Source of the DNA: Longimicrobiales bacterium
GTDB taxonomy: Bacteria > Gemmatimonadota > Gemmatimonadetes > Longimicrobiales > Gaopeijiaceae
DNA: 64,000 nucleotides
Assembly: GCA_041690395.1 (NCBI GenBank)
Contig: JAWLHJ010000004.1
Coordinates: forward strand, 497,365-561,364
Direction of reading: 5' to 3'
Part shown: positions 1-12,860 of the stretch, one piece after another
Layout: every line of letters starts with the position of its first letter
Position numbering within the stretch: position 1 is the first letter of the stretch
The notes under the pieces: generated by a model
Seen by the model: only the letters and a program-made list of their open reading frames with translations
Databases searched by the model: none
Told to the model about the DNA's origin: nothing
Translations under genes and position numbers: made by a program

Positions 1-2
1 TC

Positions 3-872
3 ACGAGCCTCCGCATCCTCATGGAGTACGAGCGGGGCGTGATCTTCCGGCTCGGCAAGCTGACCCGCGCCAAGGGGCCGGGGCTGATCTTCCTGGTCCC
101 GTTCGGTGTCGAGCGGATGAAGAAGATGGACCTCCGGATCGTGGCCCTCGACATCGCGCCGCAGGACACGATCACCAAGGACAACGTAAGTGTGCGGGTG
201 AACGCGGTGGTCTACTTCAAGGTGGCCGACCCGGAGAAGGCGGTCATCGAGATCGAGGACTACTACTTCGCCACCAGCCAGCTCGCACAGACGACGCTCC
301 GCTCCGTGATCGGACAGTCCGAGCTCGACCAGCTCCTGGCCGAGCGCGAGCGCATCAACGAGATCGTCCGGGTCATCATCGACGAGGGCACCGACCCGTG
401 GGGCATCGACGTGACCGGCGTCGAGATCAAGGACATCGATCTGCCGCAGGAGATGAAGCGGGCGATGGCGAGGCAGGCGGAGGCCGAGCGGGAGCGGCGG
501 GCGAAGGTGATCAGCGCCGAAGGTGAGTACCAGGCCTCGGCGAAGCTCGCGTCCGCGGCCGAGATCATCCAGCAGTTCCCGGTCGCCATGCAGCTCCGCT
601 TCCTGCAGACCGTGGTCGAGATCGCGGCGGAGAACAACTCCACGACGCTCTTCCCGATTCCCATCGAGCTCTTCAGGCCCTTCACCGATCCCGGGAAGCC
701 GGCGTCCGAGGAAGCGCGTGCGCGAGCGCTCAAGGCCGCCGCCGAGACGATGATCGAGGCGCTCCCGGAGTCGAAGGACCCCGAGGTCCTGAAGGGCGCG
801 GCGAAGCGGATCCTGAAGGAGGCCGCGGCGGCGCGGGAGGACGCGGAGGGGCGTGACAAGTCGGAGGGTTGA
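3..872 (+). CDS. SPFH/band-7 (slipin/stomatin-like) protein, 5'-truncated by the window edge
   Basis: [28 protein letters not shown] and [17 protein letters not shown] are stomatin-family motifs; the frame stays open upstream of the Met at 21. Confidence 0.92.
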   Translation, partial: TSLRILMEYERGVIFRLGKLTRAKGPGLIFLVPFGVERMKKMDLRIVALDIAPQDTITKDNVSVRVNAVVYFKVADPEKAVIEIEDYYFATSQLAQTTLRSVIGQSELDQLLAERERINEIVRVIIDEGTDPWGIDVTGVEIKDIDLPQEMKRAMARQAEAERERRAKVISAEGEYQASAKLASAAEIIQQFPVAMQLRFLQTVVEIAAENNSTTLFPIPIELFRPFTDPGKPASEEARARALKAAAETMIEALPESKDPEVLKGAAKRILKEAAAAREDAEGRDKSEG

Positions 873-914
873 GGAGAGCGGACCCCGAGGGCCGCAACCC
901 ACCCGAATCCCGCC

Positions 915-1235
915 CTACTCCGGGTTCGGCCCCGTCTCGAGCGTGGGCCCCTCGCCGGCTGGGTGCGCGAAGCGGTAGAGCGTCTCCCCCTCGCGGATCA
1001 TACCGAAGCGCTCCCGCGCGATACGCTCGAGCGCGGCCGGGTCGTTCTCCAGCGAGTCCGCCCGTGCGCTGAGGGAGTCGATGCGCTCCTCGAGCTCCGC
1101 CAGCTCCGCCCGCGCCGCCTCGACCTCCGCCCGGGCACGGCGCACCTCGAAGACCGAGTACTCGCCGCCGAAAACCGCGTAGTACATGGCGAGCAGGAGC
1201 AGCGCGGGGAGCAGGATCCGCTTCAGGAAGCGCAC
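915..1235 (-). CDS. ftsB: Septum formation initiator FtsB/DivIC
   Basis: N-terminal TM helix, coiled coil, LERIARERFGMIREGE motif; follows eno, the conserved eno-ftsB order. Confidence 0.88.
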   Translation of the reverse strand: MRFLKRILLPALLLLAMYYAVFGGEYSVFEVRRARAEVEAARAELAELEERIDSLSARADSLENDPAALERIARERFGMIREGETLYRFAHPAGEGPTLETGPNPE

Positions 1236-1278
1236 GCGTGCGCCTCCATCGTGGGATAGCCGGGCTCCCCGCGCATGC

Positions 1279-2592
<1,314 letters not shown>

Positions 2593-3309
2593 TTAAGCCG
2601 GACGGGCGAGCAGGCCGGCCACGGCCCCGTGCGCCCGTCGGGTGAGCTCGTCCCTGTCCTGCATCTCCAGCCCGTCCACGGGAATCGGATCGCCGAAGCG
2701 AATCGTGACGGTCCCGGGACCGATCAGGAGGCTCCCTTTGTGCATCACCTCGCGCGATCCCATGATCGCGGCCGGCACGATCTCGACGCCGGTCTGGATG
2801 CCCAGCACGAACGCGCCCTTCTTGAACCGTTGCAGCTCGCCGGTCGCGGAGCGCGTTCCCTCCGGGAACATGATGATGGTAGGACGCTCCTTCTCCAAGA
2901 TCTCCTTGGCGCGAGCGAGCGACTCGAGGGCCTTGGCGCGGTCCTCGCGGTCGATGAAGATGTGCCCGCAACGACGGATCGAGGGCCCGAACAGCGGCGC
3001 CTTCTCGATCTCCTTCTTCGCGACGAACCGATAGCCTCCGGGGAGGTGCCCGGCGAGCGCGAGCACGTCGAACCAGGACTGGTGGTTGACCACCAGGATC
3101 TGGGCGCGCTCCGGATCGATGACGTCTTCGTTCTCGAGCACGACCCGCGTGCCTGTCACGCGGAGCAGGAAGCGTGACCAGGACCGCGGCACGTCCTCGC
3201 AGACGCACGGGAGCCGCGGCGACTTCCACGCCATGGCCCAGAGGATGCGCACCGCGTGGTAGACGGTGAGCGGCGCGATGACGAGCAGGACGGCGAGCAG
3301 GCGGATCAC
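2593..3309 (-). CDS. plsC: 1-acyl-sn-glycerol-3-phosphate acyltransferase
   Basis: NHQSWFD (HX4D) and FPEGTRS motifs. Confidence 0.92.
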   Translation of the reverse strand: MIRLLAVLLVIAPLTVYHAVRILWAMAWKSPRLPCVCEDVPRSWSRFLLRVTGTRVVLENEDVIDPERAQILVVNHQSWFDVLALAGHLPGGYRFVAKKEIEKAPLFGPSIRRCGHIFIDREDRAKALESLARAKEILEKERPTIIMFPEGTRSATGELQRFKKGAFVLGIQTGVEIVPAAIMGSREVMHKGSLLIGPGTVTIRFGDPIPVDGLEMQDRDELTRRAHGAVAGLLARPA

Positions 3310-3370
3310 GGGCGGGGCGTCACGGACGGAGTCTTCATGGGCGGACGTTCACGGACGGAGCACGCATCCG

Positions 3371-4396
3371 TCAATCGCTCCAGTGGTCGAAGCCGCCGCG
3401 GCCGACCGGACGGAGATCGCCGGTAGGGCTCTCGAGGAGCACCATGGGCGGCGCGTCCTCGTCGTAGCTTCCGGACGCGCTCTTCCGGGCCTCCACGACG
3501 CGTCCGACACGGGTCAAGGGGACGTCGACGGCCCCCTCCTCCAACATCACCTGGACGGCTCCGGGACGCGCAGCGAAGAGGAGCTCGAAGTCCTCCCCCC
3601 CGTGCAACGCCGCCTCCAGGGCGCCTTCGTCACCCAGGACCGCGCGAACCTCCGGGTCGACGGGCACCTCGGCCGCTTCGATCACCACGCCCACGCCCGA
3701 CGCGGCCGCCAGATGGCCGGCGTCTCCGGCGAGGCCGTCCGACAGGTCGAGCATGGCCGCCGCGACGCCGGCCCGGCCGAGCGTGAGGCCGAGACGGGTC
3801 CGGGGCTCCGGCTTCGCGAACCGCCGGCGGAGCGGCTCGGGCGGCACGCGGTCGTCGGCCCAGAGGTGGAGGGCGGCCCCACCGGTCCCGAGCGTGCCGC
3901 TCACCCAGAGCTCGTCACCCGGCCGGGCGCCGGCCCGCGACACGGGGTGATCGGCACGCCCGAGCACGACGACATCGATGAACAGCGGCCCCGGTGAGCG
4001 CGACAGGTCGCCGCCGATGACCCGGGCCCCCACGGCCTCGGCGGCGGCGCGCACGCCCGCCTGGGCGGACGCCACGTCGACCCGGGCCCCACGCGCCGCG
4101 GCCATGGACACCAGCACGCCGACGGGGCGCGCCGCCATGGCCGCCAGGTCCGAGAGCGCCGCCGACGCCGCCCGGTAGCCGATCTCCTCGTCGGTGAGCC
4201 ATCCCCGGCGGAAGTGGACGTCTTCGACGGCGAGGTCGGTACTGATGACCCATCCTCCCTCCAGCACCGCGGCGTCGTCTCCCGGCCCGAGCTCGACGCC
4301 GTCCGGCAGGGGCGCGTCCGCTCCGAGGAACGCCCGGATCATGTCGAACTCGCGTCCGGCGCCCAGACGCACGCGGGTGGGGCGTCGGGACGTCAT
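3371..4396 (-). CDS. thiL: Thiamine-monophosphate kinase
   Basis: GDDAAVL, LSDLAAM, IGGD, DLSDGL, GGEDFEL, C-terminal FDHW. Confidence 0.95.
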   Translation of the reverse strand: MTSRRPTRVRLGAGREFDMIRAFLGADAPLPDGVELGPGDDAAVLEGGWVISTDLAVEDVHFRRGWLTDEEIGYRAASAALSDLAAMAARPVGVLVSMAAARGARVDVASAQAGVRAAAEAVGARVIGGDLSRSPGPLFIDVVVLGRADHPVSRAGARPGDELWVSGTLGTGGAALHLWADDRVPPEPLRRRFAKPEPRTRLGLTLGRAGVAAAMLDLSDGLAGDAGHLAAASGVGVVIEAAEVPVDPEVRAVLGDEGALEAALHGGEDFELLFAARPGAVQVMLEEGAVDVPLTRVGRVVEARKSASGSYDEDAPPMVLLESPTGDLRPVGRGGFDHWSD

Positions 4397-4435
4397 GGGG
4401 CGGGCGCGGCTTCGACGGGAATCCACATGGTCGGC

Positions 4436-6073
4436 TCAGTCGGCCGGATCGGCGTCGAAGATCACGAACGGGAGGCCGAGGGGCCCCGCGTCGGTTTGGG
4501 CCGACGCCGTCGGGTCGACGGCCTCGGCAAGGACGTCGGGTAGGCGCTCGGCGACATCCGAAGGTGTCAACGACACGCCTTTCCCGGCGAGACGGGCGGC
4601 CCGGCCGGTCAGGTAGAGTCCGACCGCGCCGGCGTCCGCCGGGCTCAGCCCCTGGGCCAGGAGCGCGCCGCACACGCCGGAGAGCGTGTCGCCCATACCC
4701 GCCGCGGCGAGATCCGACGAGCCCTGGGTGTCGACCCGGAGCGGCCCGTCCTCCGCGGCGACGAGCGAGGGCGCGCCTTTCAGGACGACCGCCGCGTGGA
4801 AGCGCTCGGCGGCGGCACGGGCCCGCGCGGCCGGGCCTCGCGAGCCCGTGTTCTCGGCGCCCGGGACCGCCCCGTCGCCCAGAAGCCGCCCTATCTCTCC
4901 GGGATGCGGCGTCAGCAGCGTGGGCCGGCGGGCGCCGACCTCCGGGAGATCCACCACGCCCGACGCCGCCAGGTTCAGGGCGTCCGCGTCGAGGAGGATC
5001 GGTCGGTCGGTCTCGCCGACCCCTTCGACGCCCTCGGTGCCGTCGAGCACCCACGCCAGCACCCGGCGGGCGTCGTCGTCCTGACCGAGCCCGGGCCCGA
5101 CCACCACGGCGTCACTCCCCTCCACGGCCGCCCGGACGGCGGAGCCGTCGGTGGCGTCGACCCAGAGTGCCTCCGGGAGCGCGCTCTGCACGATCTCACG
5201 GTTCCCGGGAACCGTGGCGACCCGGACGATCCCGACGCCGGCCCTGAGCGCTCCACGCCCCGCGAGCACGGCGGCGCCCGCCAGGCCCATTCCGCCCCCG
5301 ACCACCAGGAGCCGGCCGACCGCATTCTTGTGCGTGTCCGTCGCGCGGCGCGGCAGGCGCGCTCGCGCCCAGCCGGGTGTGGCCAGGAACGCACGGGCCT
5401 CGCCTTCCTCCAACGGCGGGAAGCCGATCTCGACGGCCACCAGTCGCCCGACAAGGGCGCGGGCCGGATGCAGCAGCGAGCCGAGCTTGGGCGCGCCGAA
5501 GGCGACGGTCACATCGGCTCTCACGGCTTCGCCAGGCACGGCACCGGTCTCCGGGTCGATGCCCGAGGGCACGTCCACGGCCAGCACGGCCCGAGCCGAC
5601 GCGTTCACGGCCCGTATGGCGGCGGCCTGCCGCTCCCGTGGGGCGCCCCGGACGCCGGTTCCCAGAATGCCGTCGACCACGACCGCGGCACCCTCCAACA
5701 GCGCACGCCAGCCGGGTGCGTCGAGCTCCGCGTCGGTGGACGTCGGCACGTCCCAGCCATGGGCGAGCGGATGGGGGACCTCCCGATCGGCGACGAGAAC
5801 CGCCCGCACGTCACGCCCCCACGCGGCGAGGGTGCGCAGCGCGACCAGGGCGTCGCCTCCGTTATTGCCCGCGCCGACCACGCCGACCACCGGGCCGTCG
5901 GGGTGGAGACGGTGAAGCACGAGCGCGGCGGCCCGGCCCGCGTTCTCCATGAGCACCCGCTCGGGCACCCCGATGCGGTCGATCGCCCGGCGATCCCACG
6001 CCGCCGCCTCCGCGCCGGTCAACGCCGGCACCACGCCCCGAGCCCAGGGCCGGAGGGAGCGGACGTCGCTCAC
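4436..6073 (-). CDS. nnr: Bifunctional NAD(P)HX epimerase/dehydratase (YjeF/Nnr)
   Basis: LMENAG, GNNGGD, VDGILGTG, DVPSG, DADALN, TPHPGE. Confidence 0.95.
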   Translation of the reverse strand: MSDVRSLRPWARGVVPALTGAEAAAWDRRAIDRIGVPERVLMENAGRAAALVLHRLHPDGPVVGVVGAGNNGGDALVALRTLAAWGRDVRAVLVADREVPHPLAHGWDVPTSTDAELDAPGWRALLEGAAVVVDGILGTGVRGAPRERQAAAIRAVNASARAVLAVDVPSGIDPETGAVPGEAVRADVTVAFGAPKLGSLLHPARALVGRLVAVEIGFPPLEEGEARAFLATPGWARARLPRRATDTHKNAVGRLLVVGGGMGLAGAAVLAGRGALRAGVGIVRVATVPGNREIVQSALPEALWVDATDGSAVRAAVEGSDAVVVGPGLGQDDDARRVLAWVLDGTEGVEGVGETDRPILLDADALNLAASGVVDLPEVGARRPTLLTPHPGEIGRLLGDGAVPGAENTGSRGPAARARAAAERFHAAVVLKGAPSLVAAEDGPLRVDTQGSSDLAAAGMGDTLSGVCGALLAQGLSPADAGAVGLYLTGRAARLAGKGVSLTPSDVAERLPDVLAEAVDPTASAQTDAGPLGLPFVIFDADPAD

Positions 6074-6131
6074 GGTCCGCGATCCCGGCCGGGCCGGGCC
6101 ATCGGTCCGGTCGGCGCCCCGGCGCGAGCCC

Positions 6132-6329
6132 CTACTTGTAGCTCTGGCCGATCGCCCGGCCGAGCGTGATCTCGCCGTTGTCGATCCGGATGTTGAACCC
6201 GCACTCCGGATTCGAGCATACCCAGGCCTTGTAGCGGATCGGTGCTCCGTCCCTGCCGTAGTCCGAGAGCGGCAAGAGGATCCCGGTCTCGCACTTCAGG
6301 CAGCTTGGAAATCCACCGTCTCCCACCAT
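6132..6329 (-). CDS. Small four-cysteine zinc-ribbon protein of unknown function (65 aa)
   Basis: Strong RBS (GGAGGAG) before the ATG; CLKC...CSNPEC; protein-like composition. Confidence 0.75.
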   Translation of the reverse strand: MVGDGGFPSCLKCETGILLPLSDYGRDGAPIRYKAWVCSNPECGFNIRIDNGEITLGRAIGQSYK

Positions 6330-6435
6330 CTGAAACTCCTCCCATGGGCGTATTGACGAGTCAGTTCGTCGAGGAGCCCGGCGCGGCCGGGCGTATGATC
6401 TTCAGGGAACGCGTCGGATCGCGTCCCCGCTTTCA

Positions 6436-6816
6436 TCAGAGATGCGCGTTCCAGGGATAGTTGAGCTCGAACGCCTCTTCGAAATCGAAGAGATCGGCGA
6501 AGTCCTCCGGCCCGTCCCCTTCCTGCTTCACGAGGATCCCGTGCTCGACCATCGCGAATACCACGCGTCCCATGTCTTCGGTCGCATGGATACCCCAGTG
6601 TTCGAGAACGATCCGTGCCATGGGACCGAACTGCTCGAGTGCCAGACCCCGCACGCCCTCCGCCAGCTCGCGCCCCGAGATGTGCCTCGGCTGCTCGAGC
6701 GAGCCGATCACCGAATGCAACGCCTGCAGCACGAAGACGTACGCGCGCGGATGAAAGCGCGGGTGCTTCTCCCGGAGCTCGTCCAGGACTTCGTCGGCGA
6801 ATTGCAAATCGATCAT
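6436..6816 (-). CDS. Minf_1886-like family protein
   Basis: AYxFV, HISGRELAEG, QFGPMARIVLEHWGI, DMGRVVFAMVE, EDF motifs; start taken at MIDLQF. Confidence 0.8.
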   Translation of the reverse strand: MIDLQFADEVLDELREKHPRFHPRAYVFVLQALHSVIGSLEQPRHISGRELAEGVRGLALEQFGPMARIVLEHWGIHATEDMGRVVFAMVEHGILVKQEGDGPEDFADLFDFEEAFELNYPWNAHL

Positions 6817-6856
6817 GACGGAAAATGTGCGCCGGACGTCGAGGCGAGCACAAGGC

Positions 6857-8118
6857 TCACCGGCCGTCGCTTCCGAACTCCGGGTAGAGGGGGAAGTCCG
6901 AGCACAGCTCGCGAACCTCTTCACGGACCTTCTCGATCCGGCCCTCGTCCTCCGGGGATTCCAGGATATGCGCAATCCAGGCCCCGATGCGCTCCATCTC
7001 CCGCTCGCGCATCCCACGAGTGGTGAGCGCGGGGGTGCCGATCCGCAGCCCGGACGTGACGAAGGGTGAGCGCGTCTCTCCGGGCACGGTGTTCTTGTTC
7101 ACCGTGATGCCGGCGGCCTCGAGGGCTTCCTCGGCGACCTTGCCCGTCAGCTCGTCGTGGCTCGCGCTCAGGTCGACCAGCAGCAGATGATTGTCGGTAC
7201 CGCCGCTCACCAGCTTGAAGCCCCGGCTCGCCATGGCGGCGCCCAGCGCCCGCGCGTTCGCGATCACCTGGGCCGAATACGCGTGGAACTCCGGCTGCAG
7301 GGCCTCACGGAACGCGACCGCCTTGGCGGCGATGACGTGCATGAGCGGCCCGCCCTGCATGAACGGGAAGACCGACTTGTCGATCCCCTTGGCATGCTCC
7401 TCGCGGGTCAGGATGAGGCCACCACGAGGCCCGCGGAGGGTCTTGTGGGTGGTGGTCGTCACCACGTCCGCGTGCGGCACCGGCGAGGGGTGGTGCCCCG
7501 TCGCCACGAGCCCGGCGATGTGCGCCATGTCCACCAGGAGCTTCGCCCCCACTTCCTTCGCGATCGACCCGAACGCCTCGAAGTCGATGACGCGCGGATA
7601 GGCGCTCGCGCCGGCGACGATCATCTTCGGCTTCACGGAGCGCGCCTGATCGCGCAGCGCGTCGTAGTCGATGAGCCCGTCGTCCTCGCGCACGCCGTAG
7701 CTGCTCACCTCGAACAGCCGTCCGCTGAAGTTCACCGGCGATCCGTGCGTGAGATGCCCGCCGTTGCTCAGGTCCATGCCCAGGATGGGATCCCCGGGCT
7801 CCAGAAAGGTGAAGTACGCGGCCATGTTGGCCTGCGCGCCCGAGTGGGGCTGCACGTTGGCGTGCTCGGCCCCGAACAGGTCGAGCGCCCGCTTGCGCGC
7901 GAGGTCCTCAGCGATGTCCACGAACTCGCAGCCGCCGTAGTAGCGCCGGCCCGGAAGCCCTTCGGCGTACTTGTTGGTCATGACCGTGCCCATCGCCTCG
8001 AGCACGGCATGCGACACGAAGTTCTCCGACGCGATCAGCTCCAGCCCCTCGGCCTGCCTGCGGGCCTCGCGCACGATCGAGTCGTAGATCTCCGGATCGG
8101 AGGACTTCAGATGATCCA

Positions 8119-8122
<4 letters not shown>
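6857..8122 (-). CDS. glyA: Serine hydroxymethyltransferase
   Basis: [31 protein letters not shown] (PLP lysine). Confidence 0.99.
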
Positions 8123-9186
<1,064 letters not shown>

Positions 9187-9233
9187 GTCCCCACCCCGTT
9201 GGTCGTCGATCCGCTTCCTGGTGAAGAGCCGGC

Positions 9234-10397
9234 TCAGTCGCCGGCCTCGCGCAGCACCTCGCGCGCGATCACCTGTCTGAGGATCTCGTTCGTTCCCTCG
9301 AAGATCTCGTATCCCTTCGCGTCCCGGAGGAGCTTCTCCACCGGGTAGTGCCTCATGTATCCGTAGCCGCCGTAGATCTGGACGGCCTCGTCCGCGGACC
9401 AGGTCGCCGCCTCGGACGCCACGAGCTTCGCGATCGCCGCCCTCGAGGTGACTCCGTCCACGCCGGTGCGTACCGCTCCACCGTCGCCTCGGAAGGCCTC
9501 CATGATCTCGGCTGCCTCGTGGGCCAACGCCCGTCCCGCGGAGACCCTGGCGGCCATCTCGGCGAGCTTCGCCTGGATGGCGCCGAAGCGCGCGATCTCC
9601 CGTCCGAACTGCTCACGCTCGAGCGAGTAGCGCGCGGCGTGCTCCATGGCCGCGCGTCCCACCCCGCTCGCCTGCACCGCCACCCCGATCCGGCCGAGGT
9701 CCAACGCCTCGAGCGCCTGGCGGAGACCCGCGCCCGGCTCGCCGAGCAGCCCGTCGCCGCCCACCCTGGCGCCGTTCAGCTCGATCTTCACCGTATCCGA
9801 GGCCCGGAAGCCCATGGTGGTCTCGCGGGAGCCCACGCTGAGGCCCTTCGCGTCGCCTGGCAGCAGGAACGTGGAGAGCTCCTCGTTCCCGGTCCGGGCG
9901 AAGGTCACCAGGAGCCCGGCCCGGCGCCCGTTCGTGACCCACTTCTTCTGACCGTCGATGCGCCACTCCTCGCCGTCCCACCCCGCGCTGGTACGCATGG
10001 CGGCGGGGTTGCTTCCCGCACCCTCCTCGGAGAGCGCAAAGGCGCCGAGCACCCCGCCCGAGGCGAGCGCCGGCAGCCAACGGCTCTTCTGCTCGTCGGT
10101 GCCGTGCCACTGGATCAGTCCCGCCACCGGGCCGCTGTGGATGGACACGGCGAGCGCCACGGCCGCATCGCCCCACGCGAGCTCTTCGAGAACGAGAAGG
10201 TACGTCGTGAGATCGAAGTCGAGCCCCCCGTGCTCCTCGCCGATGAGCATCCCCAGGAAGCCGAGCTCCGCGAGCTTGCCGAAAACGTCGTCGCCGAGGC
10301 TTCGGCTCTCGTCCCATTCCTGGGTGTGCGGGCGGAGCTCGCCGGCGGCGAACTCGTGGGCGAGGGCCTTGATCTCGAGCTGTTCAGGCGTAGGCAT
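9234..10397 (-). CDS. Acyl-CoA dehydrogenase
   Basis: FALSEEGAGS, KKWVTNG, REQFG, GGYGY, IFEGTNEI; start taken at MPTPEQ. Confidence 0.95.
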   Translation of the reverse strand: MPTPEQLEIKALAHEFAAGELRPHTQEWDESRSLGDDVFGKLAELGFLGMLIGEEHGGLDFDLTTYLLVLEELAWGDAAVALAVSIHSGPVAGLIQWHGTDEQKSRWLPALASGGVLGAFALSEEGAGSNPAAMRTSAGWDGEEWRIDGQKKWVTNGRRAGLLVTFARTGNEELSTFLLPGDAKGLSVGSRETTMGFRASDTVKIELNGARVGGDGLLGEPGAGLRQALEALDLGRIGVAVQASGVGRAAMEHAARYSLEREQFGREIARFGAIQAKLAEMAARVSAGRALAHEAAEIMEAFRGDGGAVRTGVDGVTSRAAIAKLVASEAATWSADEAVQIYGGYGYMRHYPVEKLLRDAKGYEIFEGTNEILRQVIAREVLREAGD

Positions 10398-10416
10398 GTG
10401 CGGCGTGCTCTCCGTC

Positions 10417-11274
10417 TTATCGGTCGTAGGAATAGAAGCCGCGCCCCGACTTCCGGCCCAGCCATCCGGCGGCGACGTACTTCCGCAGGAGCGGCGAGGG
10501 GCGGTAGCGGTCGTCACCGAGCTCCCGGTGCAGGACTTCGAGGATGTTCAGGCAGGTGTCGAGCCCGATCAGGTCCGCGAGCTTGAGCGGGCCCATCGGG
10601 TGGTTCATGCCCAGCTTCATGACCGTATCGATGGCCTCGACCTCGGCCACGCCCTCCATGAGCGCGGTGACCGCCTCGTTGATCATCGGCATGAGGACGC
10701 GGTTGGATACGAAGCCCGGGAAGTCGTTCACCTCGACCGGCGTCTTGCCGAGCTCGCGGGACAGGTCGACCGTGACCTTCGTGGTCTCGTCGCTCGTGGC
10801 GAGGCCGCGGATGACCTCCACGAGCTCCATGACCGGCACGGGGTTCATGAAGTGCATGCCGATCACCTTCTCGGGGCGCTTCGTGCGCGCCGCGATCTCG
10901 GTGATCGAGATGGACGACGTGTTGCTGGCGAGGATCGTGTCCGGGCCGGCCGCGTCGTCGAGCGTCTGAAAGATGGAGTACTTGAGCTCGGGCTTCTCCG
11001 GGACGGCTTCGACGACGAGGTCGACACCGCGGGCGCCGGCCGCGAGGTCCTGCTCGGTCTCGATGCGCCCGAGCGTCGCGTCCTTCTCGGCCGCCTCGAG
11101 GATCCCCTTCTTGACCTGACGCTCGAGGTTCTTCGAGATCGTCTCGAGCGCCTGCTCCAATACCTCGACCTGAACGTCGATGAGGCGAACCTGCTTTCCG
11201 TGCTGCGCGGCGACGTGCGCGATGCCGTTACCCATCGTGCCGCCCCCGACGACCGCGATCCGGTCGATGCTCAT
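10417..11274 (-). CDS. hbd: 3-hydroxybutyryl-CoA dehydrogenase
   Basis: [36 protein letters not shown]. Confidence 0.95.
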   Translation of the reverse strand: MSIDRIAVVGGGTMGNGIAHVAAQHGKQVRLIDVQVEVLEQALETISKNLERQVKKGILEAAEKDATLGRIETEQDLAAGARGVDLVVEAVPEKPELKYSIFQTLDDAAGPDTILASNTSSISITEIAARTKRPEKVIGMHFMNPVPVMELVEVIRGLATSDETTKVTVDLSRELGKTPVEVNDFPGFVSNRVLMPMINEAVTALMEGVAEVEAIDTVMKLGMNHPMGPLKLADLIGLDTCLNILEVLHRELGDDRYRPSPLLRKYVAAGWLGRKSGRGFYSYDR

Positions 11275-11275
11275 A

Positions 11276-12187
11276 TCAGCTGTGCTCCTTCACTTGTCGT
11301 TCTCCAGGTCCGATGGCCGCCAGCGGTCTCGCCGCGACCACGGTCTCACTCGCCTTCAGGCGATCCGTCTTCCAGCACCACCATGCGCCACCTCCGAGGG
11401 CGAGCGTGGCGAGCACGCTCCCCTCCGGTCCGAACGACCCGCCACCGAGCCAGGCCGGGCCGGACACGGACGCTTCGTAGAGCGGCGCGTCGAACAGCTC
11501 GAGCCCACTCACCGGCAGGTCGGCGAGGTACGCGCTTCCCCAGTTCCAGCCGAGGTGCGCGCCGGTCGCCCACCAGAGGCTCCCCGTGCGCACCCACACC
11601 ACGCCGAGCCACAGCCCGGCCATTCCAATGTTCACGACCGCGAGGGCCGTGACCCCGGGATTCCCGAGATGGGCCAGCGCGAACGCCACCGAGGTGACCA
11701 ACAACGCGCGCCCCACCCCCCAGGACTCGGCCAGCGCCTGCAGCGGATAACCCCGTAGCAGGGCCTCCTCGGCCGCGGCCGGAATGGTCAGGAAGAGCAG
11801 CGCGCTCCCCGCCGCCCCGAGCCAACCCAACGCGGTGCCCGACTCGGGCGTCCATGTGACGCCCCCGACGAGCGCAAGCCCCGCGACGGCCCCGAGCACC
11901 GTCAGCGTGCCGAGCCCGATCCCGATTCCGAGCTCCCTCGGCGTCGTCCGTCCAAGGTGGAAACCCAGGGCGGCCGGAGCCCGTCCGTCCGACGCGAGGA
12001 GCATCCAACCCGCCACGCAGCTTCCCACGAGGAGCGCGAACGAGCCGGACAGCACGGAAGCAGGGAGTACCAGCCCGACCGCCACGGTCACGCACAGGGC
12101 GACCAGGACGAAGGCGAGCAGGCGCCACCCGAGACGGAGTCTACCCGCCTCCGTGCGGAGCACGTGGCCGGAGACACCGTCCCGCAC
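11276..12187 (-). CDS. CPBP (CAAX protease/Abi) family intramembrane metalloprotease
   Basis: EEALLRG, FALAH, HLGWN motifs; multiple TM segments; GPEG tail. Confidence 0.9.
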   Translation of the reverse strand: MRDGVSGHVLRTEAGRLRLGWRLLAFVLVALCVTVAVGLVLPASVLSGSFALLVGSCVAGWMLLASDGRAPAALGFHLGRTTPRELGIGIGLGTLTVLGAVAGLALVGGVTWTPESGTALGWLGAAGSALLFLTIPAAAEEALLRGYPLQALAESWGVGRALLVTSVAFALAHLGNPGVTALAVVNIGMAGLWLGVVWVRTGSLWWATGAHLGWNWGSAYLADLPVSGLELFDAPLYEASVSGPAWLGGGSFGPEGSVLATLALGGGAWWCWKTDRLKASETVVAARPLAAIGPGERQVKEHS

Positions 12188-12213
12188 GGGCCGCGAGGCC
12201 GGCCGTCAGCGGC

Positions 12214-12807
12214 TCAGAGCCGCCCGAAGCTCGTGCCGCGGAGCGACTTCGCCGCGAAGAACGCGACGAGGATCTTCGTCACGTCGCCGGCGAGGAACGG
12301 CACCACGCCGAGCGTGACCGCGGTCTGGACGCTTCCGCCGGAGATCAAGGCCAGCCAGGAGACGCCACCCGCGTAGATCGTCGCGATCCCGAGGGTGAGC
12401 CCGAGCAGCGTGCGCGCGGCCCCGCCGGAGCGTCCGGCCACCAGGCCGACGACCATCGCCGCGGCCGGCATCGCCAGCAGGTAGCCGCCGGTCGGGCCGA
12501 GCAGCCACGGCAGACCCGCCGCGCCGTTCGAGAAGACGGGCGCGCCGGCGGCGCCGATCATGACGTAGGTCGCGATGGCCATCGCGCCGAGCCGGGGTCC
12601 GAGCGCAGCGCCCGCGAGGATCACGAAGAGCGGCTGGAGCGTCATCGGCACGGCCGTCCACGGAAAGCGGACGGCGACCTGCGCGCCGAAGGCGGTCGCG
12701 AGGACGAAGGCGACCAGCGCGACCGCGCGGCGAGCGCGCGGGTCCGAGACGACGTCCTGGACGGCCCAGGTCCTGAGGGTCTGCGTAACGGTGTTCATGA
12801 TGTTCAC
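12214..12807 (-). CDS. bioY: Biotin transporter BioY (ECF S component)
   Basis: VPMTLQ, GAPVF, GPTGGYL, PFLAGD..K. Confidence 0.92.
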   Translation of the reverse strand: MNIMNTVTQTLRTWAVQDVVSDPRARRAVALVAFVLATAFGAQVAVRFPWTAVPMTLQPLFVILAGAALGPRLGAMAIATYVMIGAAGAPVFSNGAAGLPWLLGPTGGYLLAMPAAAMVVGLVAGRSGGAARTLLGLTLGIATIYAGGVSWLALISGGSVQTAVTLGVVPFLAGDVTKILVAFFAAKSLRGTSFGRL

Positions 12808-12860
12808 TCCGCTCCTGTGCTCGGAAAGTGCTTGCGTCCGGTAGTGGTCACGTCGGCCAC

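Noticed and set aside
11276..12187. CPBP/Abi protein as a phage-defence gene
   Set aside because: The Abi label in this family denotes an intramembrane protease; the context is metabolic with no defence island
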